64,000 nt of DNA from an uncultured Verrucomicrobiaceae bacterium (GCA_964631955.1 CAZWBA010000003.1:2344-66343); one strand, 5' to 3'; positions 41,950 to 52,196 are shown, counted from the stretch's first letter. Numbers and translations: made by a program. Notes: generated by a model not told the origin, from the letters alone.

Positions 41950-43161
41950 GTGTCACAAAGATCAGTCAGTTTTTTTCGCACGCTCTGCAGCGTGATGATT
42001 TTTGTTGCGGCGGGCATTGGCTTCTCCGTCGAGACCACCGCAGCGGACAAGACCGAAACGCGCGATCAGCTCGATCAGCTCAAAAGCGAAATGAACAAAC
42101 TGCAGCAAATGCTGCAGCAATTTAAAGACGAGCGCTCAAAGCTGCGCGGTGATCTGAAAAAATCTGAAACCGATATCAGCTCAACGCAAAAGAAAATCCA
42201 GCAAATCGAACAGCAGTTACGCGAGCAGCAACAGCAGCTGGAAAAGCTGCAACAGCAGCGCCAGAGCCTGCAGAAAAACAAATCCGAACAGCAGAACCAG
42301 ATCGCCCAGCAGGTTCGCGCCGCCTACGAGCTGGGAAAGGAAAACAAACTCAAGGCGCTACTCAACCAGGAAGACCCCAATAAAATCGGCCGCGCAATGG
42401 CGTATTACGATTATTTCAATCGCGCGCGCGCCGAACAGATCGACGCCTACATCGATCTGGTCAGCAAGCTCGATTTGATTCAGCCGCAAATCGAGCAAAA
42501 AGCACAGGAATTGAGCGCAGCAAAGGTCGAACTCGATGCACAGCGCAAAGAACTGTTGAGCGCGCGCAACGAGCGTCAACGCACGCTGGCTCAGATCAAT
42601 AGCTCCATTCAGGGCAAGAGCGAAGAGCTGCGCCAGCGTCAACGTGATCGCCAGGCCCTGGAACAGGTGCTGCGCAAAATCGAGCGCGATGCAAAAGAGC
42701 GCGAAACCAGACAGCGCACGACAATTGCCCGCACGCAACTGGAACCCATTCTCAGCGGACAACCATTTCGTGAATTGCGCGGTCAGCTGCCCTGGCCAAC
42801 CAATGGCAAACTGGCAAATCAGTTCGGCGCATTGCGCGAGGGCAGCGACATGCGCTGGCAGGGCATCAATATCGATGCGCGCGAAGGCGAACCGGTGCGT
42901 GCAATTCACAATGGTCGCGTCGTATTCGCAGATTGGCTCCGCGGTTCGGGCCTGCTCATCATCGTCGATCATGGCAACGATTATTTAAGCCTGTACGCCC
43001 ACAATCAGACGCTATTGAAAAATGTTGGCGATGTCGTGAAGGGCGGTGAACAGATTGCCACCGTCGGCGACACCGGCGGTGAGCAGCACACAGGTCTTTA
43101 TTTCGAAATCCGTCACAAAGGCGCACCGACCAATCCTGCAGATTGGTGTCGACGCGGCTGA
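41950..43161 (+). CDS. envC: Murein hydrolase activator EnvC-like (coiled coil plus M23/LytM domain)
   Basis: A signal/TM segment, a long Q/E/K-rich coiled coil, and a C-terminal M23 domain (VDHGNDYLSLYAHN...GDTGG). The gpmI-envC adjacency matches E. coli. Confidence 0.8.
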   Translation: MSQRSVSFFRTLCSVMIFVAAGIGFSVETTAADKTETRDQLDQLKSEMNKLQQMLQQFKDERSKLRGDLKKSETDISSTQKKIQQIEQQLREQQQQLEKLQQQRQSLQKNKSEQQNQIAQQVRAAYELGKENKLKALLNQEDPNKIGRAMAYYDYFNRARAEQIDAYIDLVSKLDLIQPQIEQKAQELSAAKVELDAQRKELLSARNERQRTLAQINSSIQGKSEELRQRQRDRQALEQVLRKIERDAKERETRQRTTIARTQLEPILSGQPFRELRGQLPWPTNGKLANQFGALREGSDMRWQGINIDAREGEPVRAIHNGRVVFADWLRGSGLLIIVDHGNDYLSLYAHNQTLLKNVGDVVKGGEQIATVGDTGGEQHTGLYFEIRHKGAPTNPADWCRRG

Positions 43162-43216
43162 TGACAGGTAATATCTTGTTTTTTTCCTAACGCTATTTCT
43201 CCGCCTGAGGGCAATC

Positions 43217-44557
43217 ATGATCAAGCAGTATCGGCATTGGTTCGGCGCCCTCGCTTTCGCGGTTTGCACTATCAGCTCCGCATGCGCCCAGGATGTAAAT
43301 CCTGACGAAGGCAAATTGCCGCTCGACGAGCTGCGCCGATTCGCCGATGTGTTTAATCAGATCAAACAGAGCTATGTCGAAGAGGTCGACGACACAACGC
43401 TGCTGGAAAATGCGATTCGCGGCATGTTGTCGGGACTCGATCCGCACTCGACGTATCTGGACGCCAAATCGTTCGACGAATTGCAGATGAATACCACCGG
43501 CGAATTCGGCGGTCTCGGCCTGGAAGTCGGACTCGAAAACGGTTTCGTCAAAGTCATCAGCCCGCTGGACGATACGCCAGCGCAAAAAGCAGGCATCGAA
43601 GCCGGTGACCTGATTATCAAGATCGATGGCAAACCTGTTAAAGGAATGAGTCTGAACGACGCTGTCGATAGCATGCGTGGACCGCGTGGCAGCGAAATCG
43701 AACTGACGATTGTGCGCGAACGCGTGCATCAACCCTTCGATGTGAAATTGAAGCGTGACATGATCAAGGTGCTTTCGGTGAAAAGCCGTACGCTGCAACC
43801 GGGCTATGGTTATATCCGTGTCGCGCAATTTCAGGCTAACACAGGAACCGAGGTGCGCCGCGCAGTCGATAAACTCAAAAAGGAAAACAAGGAGCTCAAC
43901 GGCTTCGTGATCGATCTTCGCAACAATCCGGGCGGAGTTCTGCAGGCCGCTGTCGATGTAGTCGATGCATTCGTGCGCGAAGGCCTGATCGTATACACCG
44001 AGGGACGCCTGCCCAATTCGAAATCGCAGTTCAAAGCAACGCCGGATGACGCGGCCAATGGCAAACCGATCGTTGTACTGATCAATGGCGGCTCGGCCTC
44101 TGCGTCCGAAATCGTCGCGGGTGCGCTGCAGGATCACAAGCGTGCCGTGATCATGGGCACTGACAGTTTCGGTAAGGGGTCGGTGCAAACGGTCATGCCG
44201 CTATCCGAAACCAGCGCCATCAAACTCACCACCGCGCGCTATTACACGCCCAACGGCCGCTCGATTCAGGCGCACGGCATCGAACCGGATATTCTGGTCG
44301 AGCGCGCAAAAATCGAAACACTGCCACGCGGCGACAACATCACCGAAGCCGACCTGGAAGGGCATCTGCGCAATGGCACCAGCAAGGAAAGCGATAGCAA
44401 ATCGCGCAAGGACGAACCGCAGGACAAACTGCTCAGCAGCGACAATCAACTCTATGAAGCATTGAACCTGCTCAAGGGGCTCAATGTATTGGGCCTCATT
44501 CCAAAACTCGAAGGCCCTGCCATCGCCACGCAAGCGATTGAACCGCCGTCGCCATAG
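43217..44557 (+). CDS. ctpA: Carboxy-terminal processing protease (S41 family)
   Basis: PDZ segment (GDLIIKIDGKPV), DLRNNPGG, and GGSASASEI containing the catalytic Ser. Confidence 0.9.
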   Translation: MIKQYRHWFGALAFAVCTISSACAQDVNPDEGKLPLDELRRFADVFNQIKQSYVEEVDDTTLLENAIRGMLSGLDPHSTYLDAKSFDELQMNTTGEFGGLGLEVGLENGFVKVISPLDDTPAQKAGIEAGDLIIKIDGKPVKGMSLNDAVDSMRGPRGSEIELTIVRERVHQPFDVKLKRDMIKVLSVKSRTLQPGYGYIRVAQFQANTGTEVRRAVDKLKKENKELNGFVIDLRNNPGGVLQAAVDVVDAFVREGLIVYTEGRLPNSKSQFKATPDDAANGKPIVVLINGGSASASEIVAGALQDHKRAVIMGTDSFGKGSVQTVMPLSETSAIKLTTARYYTPNGRSIQAHGIEPDILVERAKIETLPRGDNITEADLEGHLRNGTSKESDSKSRKDEPQDKLLSSDNQLYEALNLLKGLNVLGLIPKLEGPAIATQAIEPPSP

Positions 44558-44746
44558 CGACAATATTCCGGCTCTCCACGCATGATGGCACCAAGCAATA
44601 TTTCGTCAGTCACGCGATTGATGGCTAAGAACGGTTGATTTAGCCAAGTCTTTGGCGGTCGATGAAAATGCTTCGATGTACAAATTGCAATTCGTCAGTA
44701 CAATTATGAAGACTTTGGTTATATCAATCTCTGGCGAGAGCTGACC

Positions 44747-44977
44747 ATGCCTATTCATATCAATCGTGCTGGCGAAATGAGCACCGACATCCCTCCACGA
44801 CGTAATCGCTTCTTTGTCGTCGGCGGGGATTGGTATTTCAAAACTCGCGAAGGCGCCCCGATGGGCCCCTTCGATGATCGTCGCGAAGCCGAACAGGGCC
44901 TTTACGATTTCCTCGAATTCATGACGCTGGCAGAGCCGAAAACGCTGTCGCGCCTCTACGCCGCACTGACTCAGTAG
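44747..44977 (+). CDS. Small conserved hypothetical protein
   Basis: 76 aa. The motif RNRFFVVGGDWYFKTREGAPMGPFDDRREAEQGL resembles a small family I recall in pseudomonads; the family name is uncertain. Confidence 0.5.
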   Translation: MPIHINRAGEMSTDIPPRRNRFFVVGGDWYFKTREGAPMGPFDDRREAEQGLYDFLEFMTLAEPKTLSRLYAALTQ

Positions 44978-44998
44978 TTTTTTCCGGAGGGCGCCTCA

Positions 44999-45760
44999 TC
45001 AGAGACGCACTTCAACGCCTCGCTCTCGCATGAAGCGCTTCGCTTCAGGCACGCTGAACTGCCCGAAATGAAAAATGCTCGCCGCCAGGACGGCATCGGC
45101 GCCGCCGAGCTTCACGCCATCGACCAGATGCTGAAGATCGCCGACGCCGCCTGAAGCGATAACCGGCACGGGTACGGCATCGCTGATCGCTCGCGTCACT
45201 GCCAAATCAAAACCCGCCTTCGTGCCGTCACGATCCATACTCGTCAGCAGTAATTCGCCCGCGCCATTTGCGACCATTTTTCTTGCCCATTCGATGGCGT
45301 CAATTCCTGTTGCGCGACGACCGCCGTGCGTAAAGATTTCCCAGCGATTTTCCGCGACCTGCTTCGTGTCGATCGCGACAACGATACATTGCGAACCGAA
45401 TTTCTCCGCAGCTTCCTTGACGAAATCGGGATTGTGAATTGCAGCAGTATTGATGCTGACCTTGTCAGCGCCCGCATTGAGCATGGTGCGAATATCTTTC
45501 ACCGTGCGAATACCACCACCGACGGTGAGCGGAATAAACACCTCCTCGGCGATTCTCTCCACCGTGTGCACGGTGGTACCGCGCTCTTCATTGCTTGCGG
45601 TGATATCGAGAAAGGTAATTTCATCCGCGCCCTGATCGTTGTAACGCCTGGCGATTTCGACCGGGTCGCCCGCATCGCGAATATCGACGAAATTGACGCC
45701 TTTGACGACGCGACCTTTATCGACATCGAGACACGGAATGATGCGCTTGGCGAGACCCAT
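44999..45760 (-). CDS. hisF: Imidazole glycerol phosphate synthase, cyclase subunit
   Basis: [24 protein letters not shown]... is collinear with HisF. Confidence 0.97.
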   Translation of the reverse strand: MGLAKRIIPCLDVDKGRVVKGVNFVDIRDAGDPVEIARRYNDQGADEITFLDITASNEERGTTVHTVERIAEEVFIPLTVGGGIRTVKDIRTMLNAGADKVSINTAAIHNPDFVKEAAEKFGSQCIVVAIDTKQVAENRWEIFTHGGRRATGIDAIEWARKMVANGAGELLLTSMDRDGTKAGFDLAVTRAISDAVPVPVIASGGVGDLQHLVDGVKLGGADAVLAASIFHFGQFSVPEAKRFMRERGVEVRL

Positions 45761-45781
45761 ATAAAATCCTGAAAAAAGAGA

Positions 45782-46978
45782 TCACAGTTCCACTTGAACA
45801 GCGTCGATAATTGCTCGCGCCTTTTCGCGTGCCTGCTCGATATTTTCTGCGCGCGCAAGCCCCACACCCATACGGCGCTGACCGCGCACCTCGGGTTTAC
45901 CGAATAAACGCAATGCAGTATCGGGTTGCGCGAGCGCCTTATCGAGATTGCTGAAGCGCACACAATCCGAATCACCTTCCACGAGCAATGCACACGAAGC
46001 CGACGGCCCCTGCTGACGAATGACGGGGATCGGCAAATCGAGAATCGCACGAACGTGTAACGCGAACTCGGATAGCTCCTGCGAAATCAGCGTGACAAGT
46101 CCGGTGTCGTGCGGGCGCGGCGATACCTCGCTGAAAATCACTTCATCGCCGCGCACGAATAACTCGACACCGAACAAGCCCACACCGCCTAACGCATCAG
46201 TAATGTCGCGAGAGATTTTTTCTGCTCGCTGCAAGGCGAGCACAGACATCGGTTGCGGCTGCCACGATTCACGATAATCGCCGGCGACCTGCAAATGACC
46301 GATCGGTGCGCAGAATTGCGTACCGAATGTATTGCCATCAAGAATGCTGCGCACCGTCAGCAACGTGATTTCGTAGTCGAATTCGACAAAACCTTCGACG
46401 ATGACACGACCTGCACCTGCCCGCCCACCCTCTTGCGCATAACGCCAGGCATAATCGATATCGGCTTCGCTTTTAACGACCGACTGCCCCTTGCCCGACG
46501 AGCTCATAATTGGCTTGACGACACAAGGGATACCGATTGCACCTATCGCGGCACGAAACTCCGCTTCGCTCTCAGCAAAACGATAAGGTGATGTGGGCAG
46601 CTTCAGTTCTTCCGCGGCAAGACGGCGAATGCCCTCGCGGTTCATTGTGAGCTTCGCCGCGCGCGCTGTCGGTATGACGCGAAAACCTTCACTCTCCAAT
46701 TCAAGCAGTGTATCGGTCGCGATCGCTTCGATTTCGGGAACGATTAAATCGGGTTGTTCGCTTTCAATAATTTTTCGTAGCGCTGCGCCATCGAGCATCG
46801 ATACCACATGGCTGCGATGTGCAACCTGCATCGCGGGAGCATTCGCATAACGATCGATGGCAATGACCTCGACGCCGAAGCGCTGCGCCTCGATCGCAAC
46901 TTCCTTGCCGAGCTCACCCGAACCCAGCAGCAGGATTTTTTTCGCGGATTTTCTCAGCGGCGTACCGATGCAGGCCAT
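45782..46978 (-). CDS. purT: Formate-dependent phosphoribosylglycinamide formyltransferase
   Basis: ATP-grasp protein. [41 protein letters not shown] is the PurT N-terminus. Confidence 0.9.
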   Translation of the reverse strand: MACIGTPLRKSAKKILLLGSGELGKEVAIEAQRFGVEVIAIDRYANAPAMQVAHRSHVVSMLDGAALRKIIESEQPDLIVPEIEAIATDTLLELESEGFRVIPTARAAKLTMNREGIRRLAAEELKLPTSPYRFAESEAEFRAAIGAIGIPCVVKPIMSSSGKGQSVVKSEADIDYAWRYAQEGGRAGAGRVIVEGFVEFDYEITLLTVRSILDGNTFGTQFCAPIGHLQVAGDYRESWQPQPMSVLALQRAEKISRDITDALGGVGLFGVELFVRGDEVIFSEVSPRPHDTGLVTLISQELSEFALHVRAILDLPIPVIRQQGPSASCALLVEGDSDCVRFSNLDKALAQPDTALRLFGKPEVRGQRRMGVGLARAENIEQAREKARAIIDAVQVEL

Positions 46979-47009
46979 GACTAACGCTCTATTTCAGCCG
47001 CAATCAATT

Positions 47010-47750
47010 TCATTGATCACAGAAGGCTTGCGCCTCGGTGAGACTCAAGGTGTTTTCGTAAATCGCACGACCGGTGATCGCACCGAGAATCCCTTTCGCA
47101 GCGACGGTTTTGAGCGCACGGATATCGTCCATATTGGTAACGCCACCCGATGCGATAACGGGGATCGTCGATGCCTCAGCCAATGCGACTGTCGCTTCGA
47201 CATTCACCCCCTGCATCATGCCGTCACGACTGATATCGGTGTACACAATCGCGGTGACTCCATCCTGCTCGAAACGTTTCGCCAGATCGGTAGCTTTTAC
47301 ACTCGACACTTCCGCCCAGCCATCGGTGGCGACCAGACCATTTTTCGCGTCGATGCCGACGATAATTCTGTTCGGAAATTTCTTGCAAACTTCAGCGATG
47401 AATTGCGGCTCTTTCACCGCCTTGGTGCCGATGATGACGTAGCTCACACCGGCATTTAAATATTGCTCGATGATTTCGATACTGCGAATTCCGCCGCCGA
47501 TCTGAATCGGCAATTTCGGAAATTTTTTTGCGATCGCGGTAACCGCTTCACCGTTTACCGGCGTACCCGCGAATGCGCCGTTGAGATCGACGAGATGCAG
47601 ACGGCGCGCGCCAGCATCGACCCAACGCTGCGCCATCGAAACGGGATCATCGCCGTACACCGTCGAATCATCCATCAAACCCTGGCGCAAACGCACGCAC
47701 TTGCCGTCTTTCAAATCGATCGCGGGAATAACTAACATAAAACGATTCAA
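47010..47750 (-). CDS. hisA: ProFAR isomerase HisA
   Basis: [14 protein letters not shown]... and GGGIRS motifs. Confidence 0.95.
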   Translation of the reverse strand: MNRFMLVIPAIDLKDGKCVRLRQGLMDDSTVYGDDPVSMAQRWVDAGARRLHLVDLNGAFAGTPVNGEAVTAIAKKFPKLPIQIGGGIRSIEIIEQYLNAGVSYVIIGTKAVKEPQFIAEVCKKFPNRIIVGIDAKNGLVATDGWAEVSSVKATDLAKRFEQDGVTAIVYTDISRDGMMQGVNVEATVALAEASTIPVIASGGVTNMDDIRALKTVAAKGILGAITGRAIYENTLSLTEAQAFCDQ

Positions 47751-47816
47751 CTCACTCTATTAATGCACTGAACCAATCCCCCTCTTTGTTTAGAGGGGCC
47801 AGGGGAGATTTGAAAA

Positions 47817-48473
47817 TTACTGCCTGCCATCCCACGCCAGGAAATTTTGCAGCAGACGCAAACCGGCATCGCTGCTTTTCTCGGGGTGAAATTGCACGGC
47901 GAACAGGTTGTTGTGCGCGAGCGCAGCGTGGATCTGCACGCCGTACTGCGCGGTTGCAGCAACGTAATCGGGCGTGTCGCAATGAATATAAAAACTGTGC
48001 ACGAAGTAAAAGCGACTGTCCTGCGCTATGCCATCCCATAAGGGATGTGCAATCGTTTGTTGTACCTGATTCCATCCCATATGCGGCACTTTCAATTTTT
48101 CGCCGCTGGCATCCTTGAGCGGGTCACCGAAAAACTTCACCTTCCCCGGCAGTATCGACAGACAATCAACGCCACCATTTTCTTCGCTGTGCTGCATGAG
48201 CGCCTGCATGCCAACGCAAATAGCGAGTAACGGCTTGCCGCTCGCGATGACGTCGCGCACAACCTTGTCGATATTCAGACGCAGAATTTCCGCCATGCAG
48301 TCGCGAATCGCACCGACGCCCGGGAATACCACGCGGTCGGCTTTCGCGATGATGTGTGCATCGCTCGTGATGAAAACCTCGATACCGGGATTCACTTTAC
48401 GCAGCGCACTCGCAACCGAATGCAGGTTGCCCATACCGTAATCGATTACCGCAACGCTCGATTTGTCAGGCAT
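47817..48473 (-). CDS. hisH: Imidazole glycerol phosphate synthase, glutaminase subunit
   Basis: [14 protein letters not shown], catalytic AICVGMQ, and the C-terminal FHPEKS. Confidence 0.95.
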   Translation of the reverse strand: MPDKSSVAVIDYGMGNLHSVASALRKVNPGIEVFITSDAHIIAKADRVVFPGVGAIRDCMAEILRLNIDKVVRDVIASGKPLLAICVGMQALMQHSEENGGVDCLSILPGKVKFFGDPLKDASGEKLKVPHMGWNQVQQTIAHPLWDGIAQDSRFYFVHSFYIHCDTPDYVAATAQYGVQIHAALAHNNLFAVQFHPEKSSDAGLRLLQNFLAWDGRQ

Positions 48474-48494
48474 AAATTACCATGCACCTTTTAA

Positions 48495-49085
48495 TTACAG
48501 CGTACCTTTTGTTGATGGCGTGACTCCCGCCATGCGCGGGTCGAGTTCGCACGCCATGCGCAACGCGCGACCGAATGCCTTGAACACGGTTTCAGCCTGA
48601 TGGTGACTGTTCACGCCGCGCAAATTGTCGATATGCAATGTCACCTTCGCGTGATTGACGAAGCCGCGAAAAAATTCTCCAAATAAATCAACATCGAAAT
48701 TACCGATGCGACCGCGCGTGAACGGCACCTGCAATTCGAGACCGGGGCGTCCTGAAAAATCGATAACAACACGCGACAACGCTTCATCGAGCGGCACATA
48801 GGAATGGCCGTAACGGGTCATGCCTTTTTTATCGCCGACCGCCTGCGCGAACGCCTGCCCCAGTGTGATGCCGACATCTTCAACGGTGTGGTGATCATCG
48901 ATATGCAGATCACCTTTGGCCTGAATATCGATATCGATAAGGCCGTGGCGGGCGATCTGATCAAGCATGTGTTCGAGGAACGGCACGCCGATGGCAAAAC
49001 GGGATTGGCCGGTGCCGTCGAGGTTGATGCTGACCGTGATTTGCGTTTCGAGGGTATCGCGGGTGACGGTGGCTTTACGAGCCAT
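48495..49085 (-). CDS. hisB: Imidazoleglycerol-phosphate dehydratase
   Basis: [22 protein letters not shown]... and the [11 protein letters not shown] motif. Confidence 0.95.
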   Translation of the reverse strand: MARKATVTRDTLETQITVSINLDGTGQSRFAIGVPFLEHMLDQIARHGLIDIDIQAKGDLHIDDHHTVEDVGITLGQAFAQAVGDKKGMTRYGHSYVPLDEALSRVVIDFSGRPGLELQVPFTRGRIGNFDVDLFGEFFRGFVNHAKVTLHIDNLRGVNSHHQAETVFKAFGRALRMACELDPRMAGVTPSTKGTL

Positions 49086-49157
49086 GTCGATCTCCAGATA
49101 AGGAAATCGGTATTATAAGGAACTCCCTTTGGAATTGCCTCCCGGTGCCCCGCTCCC

Positions 49158-49550
49158 ATGCCAGTTATTCTTGAAGTCATCAATCGCCCCGACGCTAACG
49201 ATCTCGCCGATCTTGAAAAAATCTATGCGGACTATCCGCTTCCACCCGTGAAATCGCTATCGGACTGGATCGACGCACAACGCGAGGCGGGACAAACGCT
49301 GATCGCGGGCCGCTTCAACGGTCATTTGCTGGCATCACTTTTTGTCGACAAAAACGGGCAGATCACTCACCTCTGCGTGCGCGCCTCGACGCGCCGACGC
49401 GGCACCGCCCGTCAGTTGCTGCAATTACTGCAGGCCAGCGCGGCGCAATTTCAGCTTCCCAAACTCGAAGCGCGCGATGAAACACTGGCGCCACTGTGGC
49501 AGCAGCTCGGATTCACCCATGTCGTCAACGGTTGGCAATGGGTACATTGA
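49158..49550 (+). CDS. Small GNAT-like acetyltransferase-fold protein (possibly PanZ-type)
   Basis: 130 aa. The segment HLCVRASTRRRGTARQLL resembles the acetyl-CoA-binding Q/RxxGxG/A motif. Confidence 0.45.
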   Translation: MPVILEVINRPDANDLADLEKIYADYPLPPVKSLSDWIDAQREAGQTLIAGRFNGHLLASLFVDKNGQITHLCVRASTRRRGTARQLLQLLQASAAQFQLPKLEARDETLAPLWQQLGFTHVVNGWQWVH

Positions 49551-49566
49551 TTACGCGGAAACGTGA

Positions 49567-50652
49567 TTGCCTGGAAACAATGATCCCGTGGACACACTGA
49601 ATCGCTACGAAATCGATATCGCCATGCGCGTGCTCGCGTGGTTCGATCGACATGGCCGCAAGAATCTGCCGTGGCAGCAGGCGATTTCGCCCTATCGCGT
49701 CTGGGTTTCCGAAATCATGCTGCAGCAGACGCAGGTGCAGACCGTCATTCCCTACTATGAGCGGTTTATGCGGGAATTGCCGAGCGTGCAGGATCTCGCC
49801 ACAGCGAACCCCGATCACGTCATGCACCTGTGGACCGGTCTCGGCTATTACAGTCGAGCGCGCAATCTGCAACGCACCGCACAGATCGTTTGCGAGCAAT
49901 ACAGCGGCGAATTTCCCGATGACGTCGAACGGCTGAGCGATCTGCCCGGTATCGGCCGCTCGACTGCAGGTGCGATTGCATCGATCGCTTTCGGTAACCG
50001 GGCGGCGATTCTCGATGGCAACGTCAAACGCGTGCTCGCCCGTTTTCACGGCGTCGAGGGCTACCCAGGCGAAACCGCTGTGCATAACAAGCTATGGGAT
50101 TTCGCGGAAAAGCACACACCGCAGAAACGTATCGAAGCCTATACGCAGGCGATGATGGATCTCGGTGCGACCCTCTGCACACGCAGCAAACCCGCTTGCG
50201 GTATTTGTCCGCTGACCGGGGATTGCGTCGCACGACAAGAAAGCCGCACCGCAGAGTTTCCCAGTAAAAAGCCCAAAAAAGCACTACCGGTAAAAAGCGC
50301 GCAGATGCTTATCATCCTCGACAAGCACGGCGATATTCTTCTCGAAAAGCGCCCCCCCACGGGAATCTGGTCAAGCCTGTGGGTATTTCCCCAGATCGAA
50401 TCGGGCGATGACCCGATTGCCTACTGTGCGAACCATTTACAGCTCGAAACCGATATCCTCGAACGCTGGGACAGCTATCGGCATACCTTCAGCCACTATC
50501 ATTTCGATATTGAACCCGTGCGACTGCGATTAAAAAAGCAACCCACCGCAATTAGCGAGAACGAGCGCCAGCTTTGGTATAACCTGCGCAACCCGGCAGC
50601 GATTGGCCTGGCGGCGCCAGTCGTAAAACTGCTGAAACAGCTCGAACAGTGA
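49567..50652 (+). CDS. mutY: A/G-specific adenine DNA glycosylase MutY
   Basis: HhH-GPD core (LPWQQ...YRVWVSEIMLQQTQV), a 4Fe-4S cluster loop (C..C..C...C) and a C-terminal NUDIX-like domain. The start is uncertain: TTG 49567, GTG 49588 or ATG 49624. Confidence 0.9.
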   Translation: MPGNNDPVDTLNRYEIDIAMRVLAWFDRHGRKNLPWQQAISPYRVWVSEIMLQQTQVQTVIPYYERFMRELPSVQDLATANPDHVMHLWTGLGYYSRARNLQRTAQIVCEQYSGEFPDDVERLSDLPGIGRSTAGAIASIAFGNRAAILDGNVKRVLARFHGVEGYPGETAVHNKLWDFAEKHTPQKRIEAYTQAMMDLGATLCTRSKPACGICPLTGDCVARQESRTAEFPSKKPKKALPVKSAQMLIILDKHGDILLEKRPPTGIWSSLWVFPQIESGDDPIAYCANHLQLETDILERWDSYRHTFSHYHFDIEPVRLRLKKQPTAISENERQLWYNLRNPAAIGLAAPVVKLLKQLEQ

Positions 50653-50661
50653 GATCACACG

Positions 50662-50952
50662 ATGGCGCGCATGGTGCTCTGCAGAAAATATCAACGCGAA
50701 ATGGAAGGCCTCGGTGCCCCGCCTTATCCAGGGGCTAAAGGCCGGGAAATTTTCGAACACGTATCGAAACAGGCCTGGCAGGAATGGCAGGAACATCAAA
50801 CGCAACTCATCAATGAGAAGCGCCTGTCGATGATGGACCCCGCCGCACGCAAATTCCTGCAGGAAGAAATGGATAAATTCTTCGCCGGCGAAGAATTCGC
50901 ACGAGCGGAAGGATATGTGCCTCCAGAAAACCCGCTTCCGCCGAAAAATTAA
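50662..50952 (+). CDS. yggX: Fe(2+)-trafficking / oxidative-damage protection protein YggX
   Basis: [17 protein letters not shown]...[21 protein letters not shown] is collinear with E. coli YggX. The mutY-yggX adjacency is conserved. Confidence 0.9.
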   Translation: MARMVLCRKYQREMEGLGAPPYPGAKGREIFEHVSKQAWQEWQEHQTQLINEKRLSMMDPAARKFLQEEMDKFFAGEEFARAEGYVPPENPLPPKN

Positions 50953-50978
50953 CCATCGCCCGGGGCATTTCTTTCAAC

Positions 50979-51007
50979 TTGACTCGCACGAGGCATAACG
51001 GTTTAAT
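50979..51007 (+). promoter_or_regulatory. Sigma70-type promoter for tRNA-Phe
   Basis: TTGACT-17 nt-TTTAAT, ending about 30 nt upstream of the tRNA 5' end. Confidence 0.55.
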
Positions 51008-51038
51008 ACGCGCCTCTCGCGATCAGGCGAGCCTTCAA

Positions 51039-51114
51039 GCCCAGGTAGCTCAGTCGGTAGAGCAAAGGATTGAAAATCCTTGTGTCGGCAGTTCGATTCT
51101 GCCCCTGGGCACCA
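51039..51114 (+). tRNA. tRNA-Phe (anticodon GAA)
   Basis: GCCCAGGTAGCTCAGTCGGTAGAGCAAAGGATTGAAAATCCTTGTGTCGGCAGTTCGATTCTGCCCCTGGGCACCA. Cloverleaf folded by hand. The 3' two-thirds is the prophage attachment core. Confidence 0.95.
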
Positions 51115-51772
51115 TCTTGTTTATGTCTACGATTGTTTTTAATTCTTCCCACATTTTCGAAAGCGTCGGGTCTTTTTCACGCTCTGCGTGTTGATCGAAT
51201 ATTACTTCGCCATGTGGTAGCTTCAGTTCGGTTTCAATTCTGAAAGCGGTTTTGTCGTCTAGTGTCGTGACTTTTCCGACGCGATGTTGCGATATCGCCC
51301 CTCGCGTTAATCCGAGAACCATAGCTATTTTGTAGTCGCTCTCAATCCCCTTGTCCGCTTTTAAGCGGTCGATCCATTCAATGCTTTTCATTTTCGCACC
51401 TCTTTCCGTTCGTCGCTCATGGGGCCGTATAGCGGCCTTTGCGTCAATTATCGCTTGACGTATCGCCAAGTCAACGTCTAGGCTCCTATCCGTATAGTCA
51501 ACTATCCGGTTTTGAGCATGGAAATCCGCTTTTCGCCATATAACTCGCCATTCGTGCCCGCTGGCCCCCCGGGTGTCCATTGGATCGGTCGCGAATTCCG
51601 CGATATGCCCCATAGCGCGCACGTTTATGAATATCAACGCGAGCTTGGTCGCCGGCATGTCGAGCAGCTCAATCTTGAGCTGACGTCTGCCGTTGCCCTT
51701 CTTCCAATGCTCGACGAAATGGCTGCTGACGGCATCAAGGCTGCTGCGCGTCGTGCTAAAGACATTCGCCAT
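51050..51772 (-). CDS. Prophage repressor-like protein with phage 186 CI-type HTH
   Basis: 240-aa open frame. The central segment MKSIEWIDRLKADKGIESDYKIAMVLGLTRGAISQHRVGK resembles the CI-repressor HTH. The internal ATG at 51391 has a strong AAGAGG RBS and would give 113 aa. The last about 22 codons are antisense to tRNA-Phe. Confidence 0.5.
   Translation of the reverse strand: MANVFSTTRSSLDAVSSHFVEHWKKGNGRRQLKIELLDMPATKLALIFINVRAMGHIAEFATDPMDTRGASGHEWRVIWRKADFHAQNRIVDYTDRSLDVDLAIRQAIIDAKAAIRPHERRTERGAKMKSIEWIDRLKADKGIESDYKIAMVLGLTRGAISQHRVGKVTTLDDKTAFRIETELKLPHGEVIFDQHAEREKDPTLSKMWEELKTIVDINKMVPRGRIELPTQGFSILCSTD
51070..51115 (+). repeat. attL core (46 bp, part of the intact tRNA-Phe)
   Basis: TTGAAAATCCTTGTGTCGGCAGTTCGATTCTGCCCCTGGGCACCAT is identical to 58234-58279. 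The flanking bases differ on both sides. Confidence 0.9.
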
Positions 51773-52038
51773 TTTTTGAATCCCTATAAATCTTCATCGG
51801 TGAACCATTCATCTGATTCACGTAATGCGAAAGGGATACGTAGGGCATCGTCCCCGCAGGGGATGGAGCGAAGCGAAACCCGTAGCAGCCCGGTCGGCGA
51901 AGCCGATTCGCCAAACAAGTTTATTAATTCAAAAAGTAAAAAAATTAAATCGCAAAAAAATAACGATAAACCTGTTCTTCAAATTGTCCCTAAAAAACCT
52001 TGTGTAATTCCTGAATTTTGGAAGGGTGGATTGCCTAT

Positions 52039-52194
52039 ATGAAAGTCCGTGTTGATCTTATTGAAATTTTGAAAAGATATCGGCTTGAAAACTGGATGGG
52101 TTTTGATTCTGGCCATTATATCGGTCGATTGATTCAGGAATTAGAAGTCGAAGAGGAAATGGAAAATCCTGATCGGCCATGTGGGGATTCTTGA
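52039..52194 (+). CDS. Small phage ORF (51 aa) upstream of rep
   Basis: Manual translation gives MKVRVDLIEILKRYRLENWMGFDSGHYIGRLIQELEVEEEMENPDRPCGDS. GGAAGGGTGGA lies upstream. The stop is 2 nt before the rep ATG. Below the ORF-track length cut-off. Confidence 0.4.
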   Translation: MKVRVDLIEILKRYRLENWMGFDSGHYIGRLIQELEVEEEMENPDRPCGDS

Positions 52195-52196
52195 TC

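Noticed and set aside
47751-47816. Hairpin CCCCTCT-TTGTTT-AGAGGGG between hisA and hisH, considered as a further REP family or an attenuator
   Set aside because: Only one similar hairpin (TCCCCCT..AGGGGGA at about 25935) is seen elsewhere. That is too little evidence for a repeat family or a regulatory role.
50979-51194. 71-aa plus-strand ORF spanning tRNA-Phe
   Set aside because: It is the tRNA gene and its promoter read as protein. No coding evidence.
51512-52042. 176-aa plus-strand ORF in the prophage left arm
   Set aside because: Its 5' half overlaps the repressor-like frame, has no RBS, and translates to an implausible P/H/R-rich sequence. Only its ATGA junction with the 51-aa ORF is noteworthy. 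A shorter product from an internal Met (about 51864) cannot be excluded, so this is only a partial rejection.
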